From contig MCFH01000007.1 of NCBI GenBank assembly GCA_002104945.1, positions 992,001 through 1,056,000 of the forward strand: DNA of 64,000 nt. Reading direction: 5' to 3'. How positions within the stretch are numbered: the stretch's first letter is position 1; the number at the start of each line of letters is the position of its first letter. This stretch comes from Piromyces finnis finn (lineage: Eukaryota > Fungi > Neocallimastigomycota). Both the position numbers and the translations under genes were made by a program. The notes beneath the pieces were generated by a model that was given only the letters and a program-made list of their open reading frames with translations, was not told where the DNA came from and searched no databases. This document shows, piece after piece, positions 1-16,315 of this stretch.

Positions 1-697
1 GCAATACCACAATTATTACAAGTGACATTTCTATGAATATATGAATCTATGTTAAAAGTAAAATTAAGATAAAAGAATATTTGTTTATATACAACAAAAA
101 GGAAAAGTACGTTAATATATAATAATAATAATATAAAATAATCATTATGTATAATATCAACTAATAAACATAACAAACAATGCTTAAAAAAAAAAAAAAG
201 TATTTTATAATCTATCTATAGATCTATAGAGAGAGAGAGAAAAAAAAAAAGAAAGAAAATATTTATAATTTTGATAATAAATGATATTTTAAAATAACTT
301 TTCTTTTTATCATCTTATTCGTTTAATATTTATTTTATCGTTTACCTGTTTTTGATTGTTCCTCTGATACCTCCCATAATAAATTTAATAAAGTTTCTGT
401 TTCAGGATTTTTAAATTTTACTTTTGATTTTGACTTAGATGGAAAGATAAGTGTAGTAGTGGTATCTTTTCCTTTTTTATTTTTACATAATTTTGAATTA
501 TTGGTGTCATTATTTGTTGAAGAATTATTTAATAGAGAATTTTTTATTGATTCTTTATTAGCAGCAAGAAATTCCTTACTCGTTGATCTACTCTTATTTA
601 AACTAGAATTTGAATTTGCTTTATCATTATTGGTATCTCTTCTATCAGTTTTTTTTGAATCTTTGGACAAATAAGAATTGGATATATGGCTTGACAT
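1..697 (-). CDS. 5' part of a gene running off the left edge; low-complexity N/S/K-rich N-terminus, product unknown
   Basis: ORF 335..697 from ATG. Likely GT donor (ACAG|GTAAAC) at 345. Coding-like sequence resumes at about 30..1 after a TAG acceptor (a CNNCG motif in one frame). Exon linkage not resolved. Confidence 0.5.
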
Positions 698-716
698 ATT
701 TTTAATATAAATATTG

Positions 717-763
<47 letters not shown>

Positions 764-1010
764 ACGTTTATAAGGATTAATTAAATAAAATATATATTTA
801 TTATATTTATTTATTAATTTTTCTTTTATTTATTTGGATATCTATAAAGTTTAAAAATAAGTTCTTTATTGTATTGATATTGTTTAAAATGTGATTTTGT
901 AAAATTAAAAAAGAAATAAAAATAAAAGTGATATATGTATAAATGTTTTAACACTTCTTATCTTTTTATCCTGTTATTATTACTATTATTTATTGTTGTT
1001 ATTAATATTG

Positions 1011-1045
<35 letters not shown>

Positions 1046-1244
1046 GTACTACTACTTTTCTTTGATAAATTGGAATATTATTATATTGATTTTTCTTAAA
1101 GTAATACTGATTTTAATTATTATATCTATTATCAATGGCATTCAATTATAATAACTATATAAAAATATATTCCTATTATGAATAAAAATATATATAAAAT
1201 GTATTTTATAAAAACAAAATGGTTAATAAATGTATTTATACTAA

Positions 1245-1283
<39 letters not shown>

Positions 1284-2499
1284 TCTATATATTCTTCGAA
1301 TTAAAATTTCAAGATTTTTAAAGCAAATAAGTATTATTAACAAACGATTTAATTTTAAATTGCATTAAAAAATTGTATTTGTACTATTGTTATGTTTACA
1401 TAAATAGGTATATGGCAATTTTTATTAAAACTATAATACACATAGGCAATAATAATTTATTGGATTTTATAAAAAATTTTTCTTTTTTTTTATTTTAACA
1501 ATTACATTGATACAAATGCTTTTCTTTTTTCTCTTTTATCAATAAAATAATGAATTATTATCAAACAGAATATAAGGAATAAAAAATCATTATAAATATA
1601 TATATGATGATAATTAGTAACAGTAACAATTATTCAATTATTATTAAATTTATATATCTTAATAATAATAAAAAAATATATAAATGTATATATATGTCAA
1701 AAGGTGACAAAATATAAAAGAGATTTCCATGTACATATGTATGTAGTGAAGTGTAGTGTATTATGGACCAAAAAAAAAGAAAAGAAAAAATAAAAAATAA
1801 TTCCAAATAAAGTATTACAGTAAAAATTTCATAAATTTGAGCCTTTATTTACCTAATAATATTTAAATATATAAATTGCTGTTGCTAAACTTTGATATAT
1901 TGTGAAAATTATTTACTTTTTTTTTTTTAGTTGTTGTTGTTTTTGGCGTTATTGTTTGAAATTACAAAATCTTATATTAGATTCTTATATTTTTGTGTTA
2001 TAAGTAATATTTGAATAGTAAAAAGAAAAAAAGAAAAGAAATATCCCTTTAATACTGATACAATAATGTATTTTTATTGAATTATATGTAATTTCTTATT
2101 TAAAAATAATTGTTTTATTTTAAAAATATTTTCCAATAACAACTATTTTTATTTTTTTAATAAAAGTAGAAAAAAAATATATTAATATTGATTATTTTTA
2201 TTATTTAAAGTTTTAATTATTATTATTTTAATAATATAAAGAATTTAAAATTAAAAATAAAATCTTTGAAATTTTTAAACCATTAATTTATAAATAATGA
2301 AAACTATATAAATAATTAAAAAAGAAATAAAGAAAGTCATATTTAAACAATTCTTACTATACAAATAATATAAAATTAATTATTGGTTGATAGAGTTACT
2401 GAAAGATATATACTCTAGTTTTAAGTATATAGATATTATAATAATTATAATAAAATAAACTATATATAAAGAGAAATGTTAAAAAAACTATTTTTTTTA

Positions 2500-2544
2500 T
2501 TCAACATCATTATTATAATTATTATTATTATTATCATTATTATA

Positions 2545-2615
<71 letters not shown>

Positions 2616-2643
2616 GTTTATTATTATTATTATTATTATTATG

Positions 2644-2708
<65 letters not shown>

Positions 2709-2806
2709 GTTTATTATTATTATGTTTATTATTATTATTATTATTATGTTTATTATTATTATTATGTTTATTATTATTATTATTATTATGTTTATTATTA
2801 TTATTT
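2500..2806. repeat. (ATT)n microsatellite with periodic ATGTTT interruptions
   Basis: Read directly; it produces the spurious poly-Ile ORF 2476..2838. Confidence 0.95.
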
Positions 2807-3175
2807 CATTATATTTCTATAGTGTAAAAATTATATAATAAAAAAAGAGTTATATATGTATTCATTGTTATTAACATGGCAATAGATACATTTTATATAA
2901 TGGATTACATAGATTATTAACAAAATATTAATAATATATAATAATGAAATTTTAATTAGCTTGATAAAGAAAAATAAAATAATATCTTTATTATTAGTAT
3001 ATTTGAAAAAATAGATTTTTAAATTTAATGATAATAAATTTTTTGATAATGATAATGAAGTACATAAATATAAACTAAAAAAAAAAAAGGAAAAAAAAAC
3101 CAATATTTAAAAAAATACATTATAAAAAATAACTTTTCAATAAAAATTATATATATAAATATTTTCTTTTAAATT

Positions 3176-3344
<169 letters not shown>

Positions 3345-5322
3345 AAGGAATTCTTGATTTTCTTAATTATCTAAAATTATTAGATTTTTTCAAACTTTAT
3401 ATATTATTTGTTATTGATATAAATGGTGTATTAGTATCTATCTTTTAGTTTTATGTATAAAATATATAACGAGCTTTTAAAAATTCAATATTATTTCCTA
3501 TTAATTGCTAGTTTTAAATTCATTTTTTATGGAGTTACTATTTCTAATATAACACTAATTAAAATAAAGTTATTTCTTTAACATTATTTTTTCAATATTA
3601 TTTGAATTTAAATCTTTAACAAAACAAATGGTATATTAAATAGTTTTTTTGTCGTTGTAGTCTTAAGCACCTACCAAATTTTTCAAGAAAAAATACTAGG
3701 AATTCAATTCTATAAAATTTAATAAGTATATCTGTAATTCTTTCTTTTATTAACTTGATTATATATTACTATAAAATATATAATTTTCTTCATGATGTAT
3801 CAATATTCAAAATTAATGTTAAAAACAGTACACTTTCATTAATATTCTTAAATTCTTTTAGAATATGTAGTAGAAGGTATAGAATTAATACATATATATT
3901 TAAAGAAATGGCATTACTAAAGTATATAATTAATATACATTTTAAATATAATTAATATGAATTATTTGCAAAAAAAGTTTTCAAATTGCTTATTTATAAA
4001 AATAGTATTAGTGTATAACAAATTAAGATCAACTAGAAAATAGATTCACAATTTATTAATTTAATATATATTATATGATAATCATGGTAATATATAAATA
4101 TATACATTATCTATAATATATATTCTTTTTATTTTAACTAAGCTATAAAAAAAAATAATTAAAATAATAATTATAAAAAAAAATATTTATAAATTGTATA
4201 TAGTATTTTCAGAGATACACTAAACAAATAAGTTCTTTCTTTCTTAGAAACACACCTATAATAAATAGTTAAAAAATAAAAATAAAATATATTATTATTT
4301 AATATTCTCTATATTATATGAGTATTTTTTTTGTTTTAAATCACATTAAAAAATAAGTATATTGCTTTTTAATTATAATTTTGATATTAATAAAAAAAAA
4401 TTAAAATTAATGAACCAAAGTCAAAATAAAATACTTAATAAAAAAAAGGTTTGTTAATTCTTTTAATTTTACATTATAACATAATTAAGTAGTAATCAAA
4501 AAAAAAAAAAAAGAAAGAAAGAAAGAAAAAAAGAAAGAAAAAAAAGAAAAAAAAAAAGTTTTACTCATTTTTAAAAATTTTAATTAAAAAGAAAATTTTT
4601 TAATATATTATTAAACCTTCCATACAAATGGCTAAGTCACTAACTGATTTTACTGATTTTAAATACATTAACTTTTTTTTTTTTCTGGTCACAAAAAAAT
4701 TTCATTCAATAATAATATATTAAACACCTAAACTTTAAAAACACACACTTTTAGAATAAAATTTCTTATATTTTAATATGTTTATTTTATTATCTTATTA
4801 TTTATATTCATTAATGATTTTTTGTTTCTTTTTATAAATTATCATATACTTTTTTATGTATTTGAATAAATTAAAATTAAAAAAAAATAAATAATGTTTA
4901 TTTATAAACTAAACTGCTAATTAGATTAAAATATATTTTTAATTTTTATATAATTTATTTTTTTTTTTAATATTCCCATGTCTCTTTTTTGCTTTATTTT
5001 TTTTCTTTTAAAAGATGATTATTTATTATTGCATTTTAAAAGATGATTATATTAAACTCAATAAAAAAAAAAATTGGTATAATTATTCGATAATAATATA
5101 AACATCCAATAAATGTTCAAAATATAAAGAAGTATTCTCTATTGAATAACTTTTATTTTTTGTTTTGTTTTTTTTTTATACTTTCAAAATTGTGGTATAT
5201 TTAAATTAAAAAAAAAAAAAACATATTTACAAAATAAGATAGTAATGGAATTATATTTATTCCTTGTATAGGTATCATCTTAATATTAATATGTAATTAA
5301 TAGCATTTTTGCATAACTATAT

Positions 5323-6672
5323 TTATAATTTATTGGTATTAGACTTATTATTTACTCTTAATTGATATAAATCAAAAATAGTAACAAGAGAACAGTGGTC
5401 ACTTGGGAAATTTCTATTAGGAAGATTGTAAGGATAACTACTATTAAGTGGTTCCAGACATTTCACCGGTACTACTTTCAATTCCTTATGATTAATATCA
5501 TTATCAAGAGAAGCTGACTTAACTTCTAATCCATCAGAATAATAAATATAATCCACTAATGATTTGTTATAATTAATATATGATGTAACATATTTTCTTT
5601 CTTTTTCATGAGAGGAGGATTCATGTGTATGATATACAGATTTTAATTTAAATGGGGAATGAAGTTCATTTTTTGTTTTATTAATTTTTTCATAATCACA
5701 GCTATCATGTAATTCCATCATTTCTTTAATGCAATTCATAGAATCGCTGAAACTTTCCTGGCAAGCACTCTTATATTCTTTATTATATTCAAAACGCGAA
5801 AGCTTGTTGAAATTATTTCCTTGTTGACCACTTAAGGTTTTTGTTTCATTAATAATTGTTTTGATCTTTTCATGACCGGAAACTATATAATTATAAAGTA
5901 TACTATCAGCACGAGTATTGAAATCACCAGTAACAATAATTGGAATATTTGCATTATAATCCTTATTATTTCTAAGGATTTCACGAATAGTTAAGGTTAA
6001 GGTTTGATATTGTGCAAATTTAATAATACCTTGATTTGGATTAAATAAAAGGTGAGTCGTAGCAACGCAAACTCTAATTTTTGATTTTTTATGTTCAAGA
6101 ACTGTTATTAAAGCTACATTATCACGATCCAATGATGGAGATAGATCTGTCATTTTATATTCTATTGTTTGGTGTAAAAGTACATTATATTCATTATTTT
6201 TTATGAATATTGCTAAACCATCTTCTTCAATACCTGTTCTTTGTTTATAAAAACCAGTGTATCCACCTTGTTCCATAATACCTTTAAAAAAAGTTCTATA
6301 TTCAGTACAATCAACTTCTTGAAGGCATATAATATCAGCATTATATGTTAGCATTTCTAAAGCTAGATTATCTCTTCTATATTTCCAATTAACATAAACA
6401 GAATTACAATGTTTGTATAAATATGTATGTCTGTCAGCTAATTTATGAGAAAGAATATTATAAGTCATAACAGAAAATGTAAATTTTGGATCAACCCCAT
6501 AATTTGGACGATCTAAAGTCATCCATTTTCTATTTAAATTAGTCACTCTAGACTGAATTTCGATATTCTTTTTTTTATAATAAGATGCTGATCTTGGATT
6601 CATATACTTTCTTTTTCTATTTGAGGAAAAAGGTCTAATTTCTTCACACATTGTACTCATTGTTAAATACAT
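5323..6672 (-). CDS. Angel/Ngl-like member of the CCR4-nocturnin EEP family (RNA 2',3'-cyclic phosphatase/deadenylase-like)
   Basis: 449-aa single-exon ORF with the EEP motifs FSVMTYNIL, ICLQEVD, DRDNVAL, THLLFNP, TGDFN, VDYIYYS and PSDH. The LYKHC..W and DRDNV segments are Angel-like. Confidence 0.88.
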   Translation of the reverse strand: MYLTMSTMCEEIRPFSSNRKRKYMNPRSASYYKKKNIEIQSRVTNLNRKWMTLDRPNYGVDPKFTFSVMTYNILSHKLADRHTYLYKHCNSVYVNWKYRRDNLALEMLTYNADIICLQEVDCTEYRTFFKGIMEQGGYTGFYKQRTGIEEDGLAIFIKNNEYNVLLHQTIEYKMTDLSPSLDRDNVALITVLEHKKSKIRVCVATTHLLFNPNQGIIKFAQYQTLTLTIREILRNNKDYNANIPIIVTGDFNTRADSILYNYIVSGHEKIKTIINETKTLSGQQGNNFNKLSRFEYNKEYKSACQESFSDSMNCIKEMMELHDSCDYEKINKTKNELHSPFKLKSVYHTHESSSHEKERKYVTSYINYNKSLVDYIYYSDGLEVKSASLDNDINHKELKVVPVKCLEPLNSSYPYNLPNRNFPSDHCSLVTIFDLYQLRVNNKSNTNKL

Positions 6673-8640
6673 AACTTTAAAAAAAATAAATTAATAGAGT
6701 AAATTTTTTAACTATTTCTTTTTTTTTTCTTAGTTTTAAACTATTATTGTTTAAATTGATGTATTTTTAATATGTTGTATTTCAATAGTAATTCAATTAT
6801 AAAATAAAAAGCATAATATTTATTTATTATTTTATTATTTGTATATTTTTCATATATAAATAGCCTTTATTTAGTAAATAAAAAAAATTGATCTTCCTTC
6901 GACTTTGCTTATATTTTTATAAATTATTCATTTCTAATTTAAAATATTTAAAATAAACAATTTACTTTTTTCTTATTCTCTTTTTTAAAAATAATAATAG
7001 TAAGATAATTTATAGAATAATTTTTTTTTTTTTTTTTTTTTTTTTTTTGGTTAAAAGAAAAATCTCTCCTTTTATAGTCACTAAATCCATTAAACTCAAA
7101 ATCCAAATTTTCATAGTCCATGTTTAAGCTTTATTTAAATTATTTAAATTAGATTTATTTAGAAATATATTAATTGAATAATATAATATATTGTTATGTA
7201 CATTGATTATATTAAAACAATTTTTTTTAATTCTTTATTTCATAAAAAGTTTTTTTTTTTTTTTTTTGATAATTAAAATAATTTATATATGAACATATTA
7301 TATTTTATTATATATGTATATATTTATTATATGAATATAATATATATTGTAATATATTATTTTTGAAGATTAACTTTTATCTTAATAAAAAAAAAGCTAA
7401 TATATTATCATCATAAAAATGTCTTATATATTATTTTAATATACACTACTTATAATATATTTAATCAATTGATGATTTTGACAAATATAATTTCAATAAT
7501 TAATTTTTAATAATTGCCCATCTCATCTATATTTTTTTACCATCAAAATAAATAGTAACATCTAAAAATGTATGGAGTATATATTTGAATTTATTGTAAA
7601 ATATATTTATAATATATGTTATAATATATTAATTAATATAAAGACTTTCAATAGTGTATATATTAATTGAGACATATTAATAATATATTGAAGGTAATTA
7701 AATTAAAATATTATTCTATTTTTCCATATTACTTTTTAAAAAAGATAAGCTTATTTAATTATCATTAAAATATATTACAATTTATTAATAATATACTATT
7801 GCAATTTATTCTCTTTATCAAAAAACCTAAAAACCTTTTTTTTATTATCAATAAAAGATAAATTAATTATCAAAATAACTTTATATAATATAATAAAAAA
7901 GATTGATGAAAGTAAAATCGAACTGACTATTTACTAGATAAGCTTGTTAGTCTGGTGAAACTTATAATGAATCACATTTTCCTTTCATGAGCATTGTCTT
8001 TTTTATTTATATTACTAATGACCTGTTTTTTAATTTTGTTTTTACAAGTACTAAATACATTTGATGTATTAATAACATCATTATAAAATTAATAATGAAT
8101 GACTTTTTACCAATAAAAATAGATCATTTCTATGAAATGTACACGTGATATGTTGTATGCATAAATTTATGGGAAATATCAATTTATTTAAGAATGCCAA
8201 TAATTTTATAATTGATAATAAAAATAATATATAAATATTTAAATATATTTTAATATATTATTTTTCAATATTTAGATAAGAAATTTTTCAATTATCCTTA
8301 AATTTAAAAGGTGTCTTGTCTTTTTTTGTATTATTATTATTGTTATTAGTATTATCGTTAGCCTAAAATATTTCTTTTTTTTGCTATTACATTCCTCTTT
8401 AGTTTCACTGAATGTAAAATTTTAAAAAACAAAGAAAAGTAAATATAAAAAATAAAAGCAGATAAATATATTTTTAAGTTGTATTTCTGATAAAACTGTC
8501 AGTAAAAAACAATATTATTTGACTAAGAAATTTAGATTCTACCTTTGGTTAACAAGTGCCACTTTTTATTTTCTTAAGATCCTTTACTAAAGAGGAGTAT
8601 TAGTAATAAACTAAATTGTCAATTCTCTTTCTATTTCTAC

Positions 8641-8641
<1 letters not shown>

Positions 8642-8713
<72 letters not shown>
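8642..8713. repeat. (ATT)n microsatellite
   Basis: Read directly. Confidence 0.9.
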
Positions 8714-10852
8714 GTATTTTAATATTAATTTATCTCATATTAGAATATTAAAAGTCGGTAAGCCTTTTTGATTATTAAAAAAAATTGAATGGTAGAGGTT
8801 GATCCTTAAAAAGAAAAACCTAAAAGTAAACAATATATAAATATGTAAATAAATAAATAAATTTATAAATAAATGATTATATAAATATTTAATATATTCA
8901 TTCATTTAATTATAAATAAATAATTAAATAAATAGCTAGTTAAATAAATAATAATAATTAAAATTAATAATATCAAAGCTACTTTATTTACAAATAGATC
9001 AACATATAAACAAAAGTAATATATGGATAATTTACTGTTTTTTTATTACATTAATTATTTATTCATATAATAATATTATATTAACAATTAATACTTTGAC
9101 AGGTTAATTAAATATATTATTTGTTAAGGTTTAGATGATAAAAAAAAAAGAAAAGATAACAATTTAATGGATATATCTAATATTATATAGATAAATATAA
9201 TAAATAATATAAATGAATGTTATAAATAAATTAAAAAATAGGTTAGAGATTTTTGTTTTTTTAATTAAAAAAAGATGTATAATTAAAATTGAATTGTAAT
9301 TAAAAAGTTATGTGATAAATTTACATATAAAATAAATGAATAAATATAAATAAATGCAAATAAATCATAAAATGAAAAACTGTATAATCCATTCAAAATA
9401 AAAACAAATATTCCTTAAATATAGTAATATTATTGTATAATTTTCTCACTGATTTAATATTTAAAAAAGTATAATAAATTCAACATCTTAATGATATATA
9501 TGAAATACATTAATAGAACTTTTTCATTCTAATAGAAGTCTACGAAAATAAAAATTAATTTGAAAAACTATAAATTTTTTATCTCTTCCGTAAGTCATTG
9601 TCTTTTAACTTTAAAAGAATAGAAGAATATTAATTAAAATAATAATTTTTACATTGTAATATATCTATTTCTATTTCTTTATATTAAGTATAAAAATGCA
9701 TTAATTGAAAATGATTTAATTAAAAAATGAAATAAAATTAAATTTTAATTACTTTTTATTTCATAATGAGTTGTATTTTTTATTTTTGACTGTTGACTAT
9801 ATATCATTTGACATTTGAAATGACCTAAATATATAATAATAAATAAATAATATATTATAAATAAGTATTAAAATGAAAAATTAAAGAAACAAATGAATAA
9901 ACAATAATAAATATAATTTGAACTATAATAATAAATGTAATGTACAAAAATAATATATAGAAATTGATAACACAATAATTTATTGATAACAACGACTATA
10001 TTTATAATTATTTATTATTTGATATTTGGGTGTTGATAAAGCATGATCGAAAGAAATAGATTATGAGAAGAAGGAATAATTATTTATAAATGTTTAAAAT
10101 AAAGGAACAATTACTTATAAATATATAAAAAGGAACAATTATATAGAAATTAAAGAAAGAATAAATAGAATTAAGTCATTTGCTTAGAAAAAATAAAAGC
10201 AATTATGATATAAGGAGAGGAGTGTAATTACTATCTTCAATAAGAATAAGAAATTAATAAATTAAATTATTAAATAATATAAATAAATGTATTAATAAAA
10301 TAAATAATAATGAATTGTAATAATGAAAACTATTAAATATTGAGAAAATAAAAATCATTCAATTATCAATAAAGAAAAAGTTCAATATTTACATATTACT
10401 ACTGTCAAATGGTCAATTGAATAACTGGACGACGATGATAGATAATTCAATGGATTATTGTCATGTCTTTTTAAGAATTTATATAAATTAAAATGACATT
10501 TTTGTTTAAATTTATTTTGAATTGATAACATCACCACCACTACCATCATCCAGCATAACAAAAAAAATAAAATAACAATTTCATAAAGATTACAAATTTA
10601 AATTAAAATACCGTCATCTGATTTATGTCAACATCATGTCATTACTAAAACTTATATAACATTCAAATAATTAAATTAAAAAATGCTCATGAGTCAAGGT
10701 TTAATAGTATCACTTGTTCAATATAAAAAAGAAAAAAAAAACGATAACACTAAATTAATTTTTTAAAATGATTAATAATAAATAAATAAAATCATAATGA
10801 AAATTGATTAATTGATTAAATATCAAAAAAATAGATTTATAAATTTAGTTAT

Positions 10853-10975
<123 letters not shown>

Positions 10976-13900
10976 TCTATCTATTCAGTTATTTTTTATA
11001 ACTATAACTCGTTAATTATTAAGCAATATAAACAATAATATTATTATTATTATGATTATTTTATTATATAATATTATTAATTATGACATTCAATTCAAAT
11101 AAATATATAAAAAAAACTAATTAAAATAATTATCAATACAATAATGTATCCATAAAATATTAATCAATATTGTGTATTTGTCTATCAATATTAACTGTCA
11201 ATGTAGTAAAGAAGAGAAAGAAAAGATACTATACCAAAAATGAATCCGAAATGGAGAATAAAGTTATTAAAGACAATTTTCATGTATGAATTATATGAAA
11301 ATGTTTTTTTCTATCAATACTATTAAAAACAACATTTATTTTTCACAGATAAAATTTTAGATAAATTCAAGAGAAAAATAATGAAATAAAATTATAATAT
11401 TAGTCACTATTAAAAATTTGAAGTTCTTTTTTTTTCTAATAATTCTTAATAATAGAAAATTTACATTTCTTAATTGACTTTTTTTTTTTTTTAATATTAA
11501 TGAATGCAAACAGTATGATTTTTTGAAATACCTAGTATAAATGCAATTAGGAAGAAATTTATTAGTAAACTTTTAAAATTTAAATTTGATTTTATATATA
11601 TTTAAGTTATAATAGAAATTATAGTAGTAATAGTTATTGCCATTATTTTATTGTTTTAGCGTTTTAGTAATTATCAAATAATTTTTAGAGTTATGATATT
11701 ATCAAATATCACCATAAGCTTTATGTTATTTATAATTTAAAAGGTTTGATAATGTACACCATCTTAATAGACTTAATAGACGATAAATGTTAATTTAATT
11801 TGTTATGATGTAGTTAAATTGTTAATTAAAAAATTAACTTTTTCTATAAACGACTTTTAATATTGAGCCATTGATGATAATTTTTTATCATTAATAAGCA
11901 TAAATATTTATTTAAAAAAAGAAACTTTTATTATAAATCATCTATCATCTATATTTAAAAAAGAAATGCATTTATTCATTTTAACTTTTTTTCCCATGTT
12001 ATGTTACTATATTAAGAATAATCAAAAATTTAATCTCATCTTTTTTTAAAAAAAAGGAACAAAAACTTTTATAAAAATTAAAATGTGTAGTGGAATTTTA
12101 AAATTTTAATAATTTATATATATATAACAATATATTGTAATATAATTTCTATTTTAAGAAAATGTATAAATCAAATCTTAAGAAAAAAAAGGAAAATTTA
12201 AATATAAATAAAAATAAATTTTGTATTTGAAAGAATTAAAATGAATAATAAAAAAAAATTAATAAATAGAGATGCTTTATACTCTTTTTTTTTTTTTTTT
12301 TGAAAATTGAATAAACACATTCAATTTAATTTTATTGTTATATAAGTAGTATAGATAATATTACTCAATAATATATAATTGAATTTTTCATAAGAACCAA
12401 ATACTATCTTAAAATTATTACATGAGTAATAAAAAATATTAATAAATATAGATGCTTTATTCTCTTTTTTTTTTTTTTTTTTGAAAATCATAAATTAATA
12501 AAAATATTGATCTATAAAGATATTTTTAATTTTATAAAATGATAAAATAGTAAATCGGTATAATGAGCCAATTATAAAAAAAGAAAAAAGAAAAAAAGAA
12601 AATAAAAGAAAAAAAACCTTATAACGGAAAATAATACATATATATATAATTTAATCACATCTAAAATCTTTTAATCATAGAAATTATAGATTACGGGCTA
12701 ATAAAAATTTTTTGTTTTTATAGTAAAATTACAACTAGGAAGTGTATATATATTATAATTAAGAAAATATAAAATAAATTAAAAGAAATTTCAATTTTCA
12801 TATATTCAAAATTGAGACATTGCCAATACAATTTATGAAATAAACTATTTTTTATATAATATTACAAGAATATTGTGTCTATTCTGTATATTTTTTAAAA
12901 AAAAAATATGGAATACATTCATCACTCATTATATATTAAATGAAAATATACATATAATTAATATAAACAATTTTAGATATAAGAAATTAATTTTATATTT
13001 TTTTTAAAAAAAAAAAACTATATAAAAACAAAAAAAAAATAAAAATAAAAAATTCTTCCTTTTAATATTTCATGTGAAAATAAACTATTTTTAGAGCATA
13101 ATTTAAATAATAATAAAATATTAGAATGTTTATTACATGAATATTACAATTAATGAATAATAAATTATCACATAATTATGATTAAAATGATTAGTGCTAT
13201 TATTGGATTATAATTTTATTTTATATAATATATTATTTTGTTGCATTTTATACAAATAGAATATTATGATTTAAAACAGTTTTTTTTTTTTTTTTTAGTT
13301 ACAAAAATATCAATAATTACTAAAATCCATGTATGTAAATAACTGATGTGGGTAATCATTGTATCATAAAATATATGGTTTATGAATTATGAAAATATAA
13401 AGTGAGTAATTAACTACTAATTACTCACACTTTTAAGAATTAAAATAATAAAAATATTAATTAATAATTATAATATTAATAAATAAAAATAAGAATCGTA
13501 AATATTATTTTTTAAAAAAAATAAAAATAAAATATAAATATACAATGAAAATTATAAATGACTTTCATTAATTATAGTACTGTTATTATCAATATTAATA
13601 TGTTCAACCTTTATAATTTAAATTTTTGTTTCCAAAAAAGGAAAAATCTATAATAAAAAATATGATATATTAATTATTTTTTGTTGTATTTATTTTTAAA
13701 TAAAATTATAAATATAAAATTCATTCAGTATTTCTAAATTTATTTAGAAATATTTTAGATATTAATGAACTAATAGTTGTTCATTGTTCAAAGTAAAGTG
13801 CTTTTTTAAAATACTTAAAGATTATATTTTGAATATCTGTAAATTTAAAAATACTATTCATTATTGGTTCTAGTTATATTTACATTAATACTATCATATT

Positions 13901-14014
13901 TATTTCTTTATTATTATTATTATTAAAAGAGTAATTATTAGAAAATAAGGATTATTAATATTAATAAATAAATTCTTAATGTAATTTATAATAAATTTAA
14001 TCAATTTTAAATTT

Positions 14015-14198
14015 AACTTTACAATTATCCTTAATTTCAATCAGTACATTCAACTAATTCAAATATATGTTATTTGTAATAGATAATAGAAAAAATAAAT
14101 ATAACTTACAATTATCCTTAATTTCAATCAGTACATTCAACTAATTCAAATATATCAAATATATGTTATTTGTAATAGATAATAGAAAAAATAAATAT
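14015..14198. repeat. Tandem duplication of an about 87-bp unit
   Basis: TACAATTATCCTTAATTTCAATCAGTACATTCAACTAATTCAAATATAT...AGAAAAAATAAAT occurs twice; copy 2 has an extra CAAATATAT. Confidence 0.9.
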
Positions 14199-16315
14199 GA
14201 TGATTTTATATTTAGAAATATCAGTAATTTTACATTTTTTAATATGTCATCTATTCTCTAAATTTGGCTATCAATGAAAATAGTTATATTAAAACTTATG
14301 ATTTTTACTAACAATTCATTAAAGGTCTATAAAAAGTAATGTTTAGAGGATTATTATGGTTGCTTCAATATGATTTCAGTAAATATTACTAATATAATAA
14401 TAAATGATATTTATACGACGATAAACTTATTAATAGTAATAATAAAATAATAATTACAATAATAATGTTGTTGTTGTTGTTGTTAAAATATGTTTATAAT
14501 GGAAATCACCTTATCAAAATTATAATCTTTACATAAATAAAAAATAATGTAATATCTTATTTTATATTTACTCAATACTTCTTATTTAAATTTTATCTAA
14601 ATAATACATTTTGTTCATTCAGCAGCATTATAAATTTTCTATTATGTAGAAAAAATGTTTCATAATAATTCATTCATTATACCACTTATCCAAAATGTTA
14701 AATTATAGTTGAATTTAAGTTTGTAGGGATATAAAAAAAATTCTTTTTTTTTTTTTTCTCTCTCTTCTCATTTCTATCTATAGCCAATGAATAAATTCAA
14801 AGCATATGAAAAAAAAAAAAGGACTAAAATTCAATTATAATGATAAATAATAAATCTATTGATACAGATAGTAAAATCAAAAAAGAAATATAAACTAGAT
14901 TTTTACTCATATTTAAAAACTTCAACTTTTATAATTATTCTTTTTTAATAAAAGAATAATTATAAAAGTAAGAAAAAGGTATTACGACAATAAATTACAT
15001 TAAAAAAAATAGAAACACATATATGTAATTGACAAAAGATTTCCATTCCGCAAAGCTATTTTTCCTAAAATATTTATTATTTTGATATTTAAATAGTTAA
15101 AATATTTTCATTTGATATTAGAAAGAAAATTAATATTATTTAATTTTATAATTATTATATCTTTTATCTTGTTTATTGTTTCATGTCTTTACAACTTTTT
15201 TAGATTTCAAGAATAATGAGGTTTTAAGATTTACATGCCTATATATAAATTTTATTTTGATATTTATATTAAATGCACTTACGTTTGTTTCATTATAAAA
15301 AAATAATAAATAGTTATATAATTTAGTTTTATTTAATTTTTTTTTATTATTATTATTATTTTTATTTTTATTTTTATTTTTATTGAAAAGTAATTAATAA
15401 AGTTATTAATAAAACATATATTATTTAAAGTTCAATTCTTTCTACATAAAAATTGCCTATATCATAAAATTAATGTATTAACGTAATAATGAATGTAATG
15501 TATTTCTTTAAAGATAAAAAATATACTACTATATATCAATATTTAATACTTGGACAAACAAATATATAAAATGAAACACTGCACTGAAAATGAAAAAAAT
15601 TTAAAATTTGAAATTAAATAAATACTATTGGTTTTCAATTTTAAATTATATATTTTTAATAAATTATAATTTTATTTTATTTTAGTATAAATTTGATTAA
15701 AAGTTCTTTCCTTTTTTTTTTTTTTAACTTTATTGCTTTATAAAAGAAAAGAAAAAATAAAAATAAATAATTAAATTTCTCTCTCTCTTTTTTAAGGGTA
15801 TATAAAAAATTTGGTAATTTCTTTAGGATCAACCAAGAAATAAACTTTTTCTAAAAACTCTCAAGATTGAAGTTTTAAAGAAAGAAATAAAGAAAATAAA
15901 AAAAAGGAAAGAAAGAAACTGAATCCACCTACATTTCAATTAATTTTATCATTGAAATGCATACTTTTTTAAAGGTAACCATTATAATTAAGTATAAACA
16001 TAATTATTTTATTCAATAATATAGAACGTCACCTAACTTTTTCTTTATATAACCATTTCAGTTAATCTAAAAATTAGAGAAATAAAAAAAAAAAAAGATT
16101 AAGAAAAAACTGGAACTATCTTTATTTAAATAGATATCATCTCAAAAAGTATTTTTTCTTCGATCCATTATAAGAATTATTATTACATTCTATAGCTCGT
16201 AATATAGCAAATTTATTTTAACTATCTTTATTCTCTGTAATAAGGATAAATAAAAAAAAATTGAAATCAAGTATTTCATTATTATTATTATCACTTAGAA
16301 AATAGAAAAAACATC

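Noticed and set aside
2476-3103. ORFs 2476..2838 and 2831..3103
   Set aside because: Stop-free only because of the (ATT)n microsatellite and AT-rich low complexity; no coding signal.
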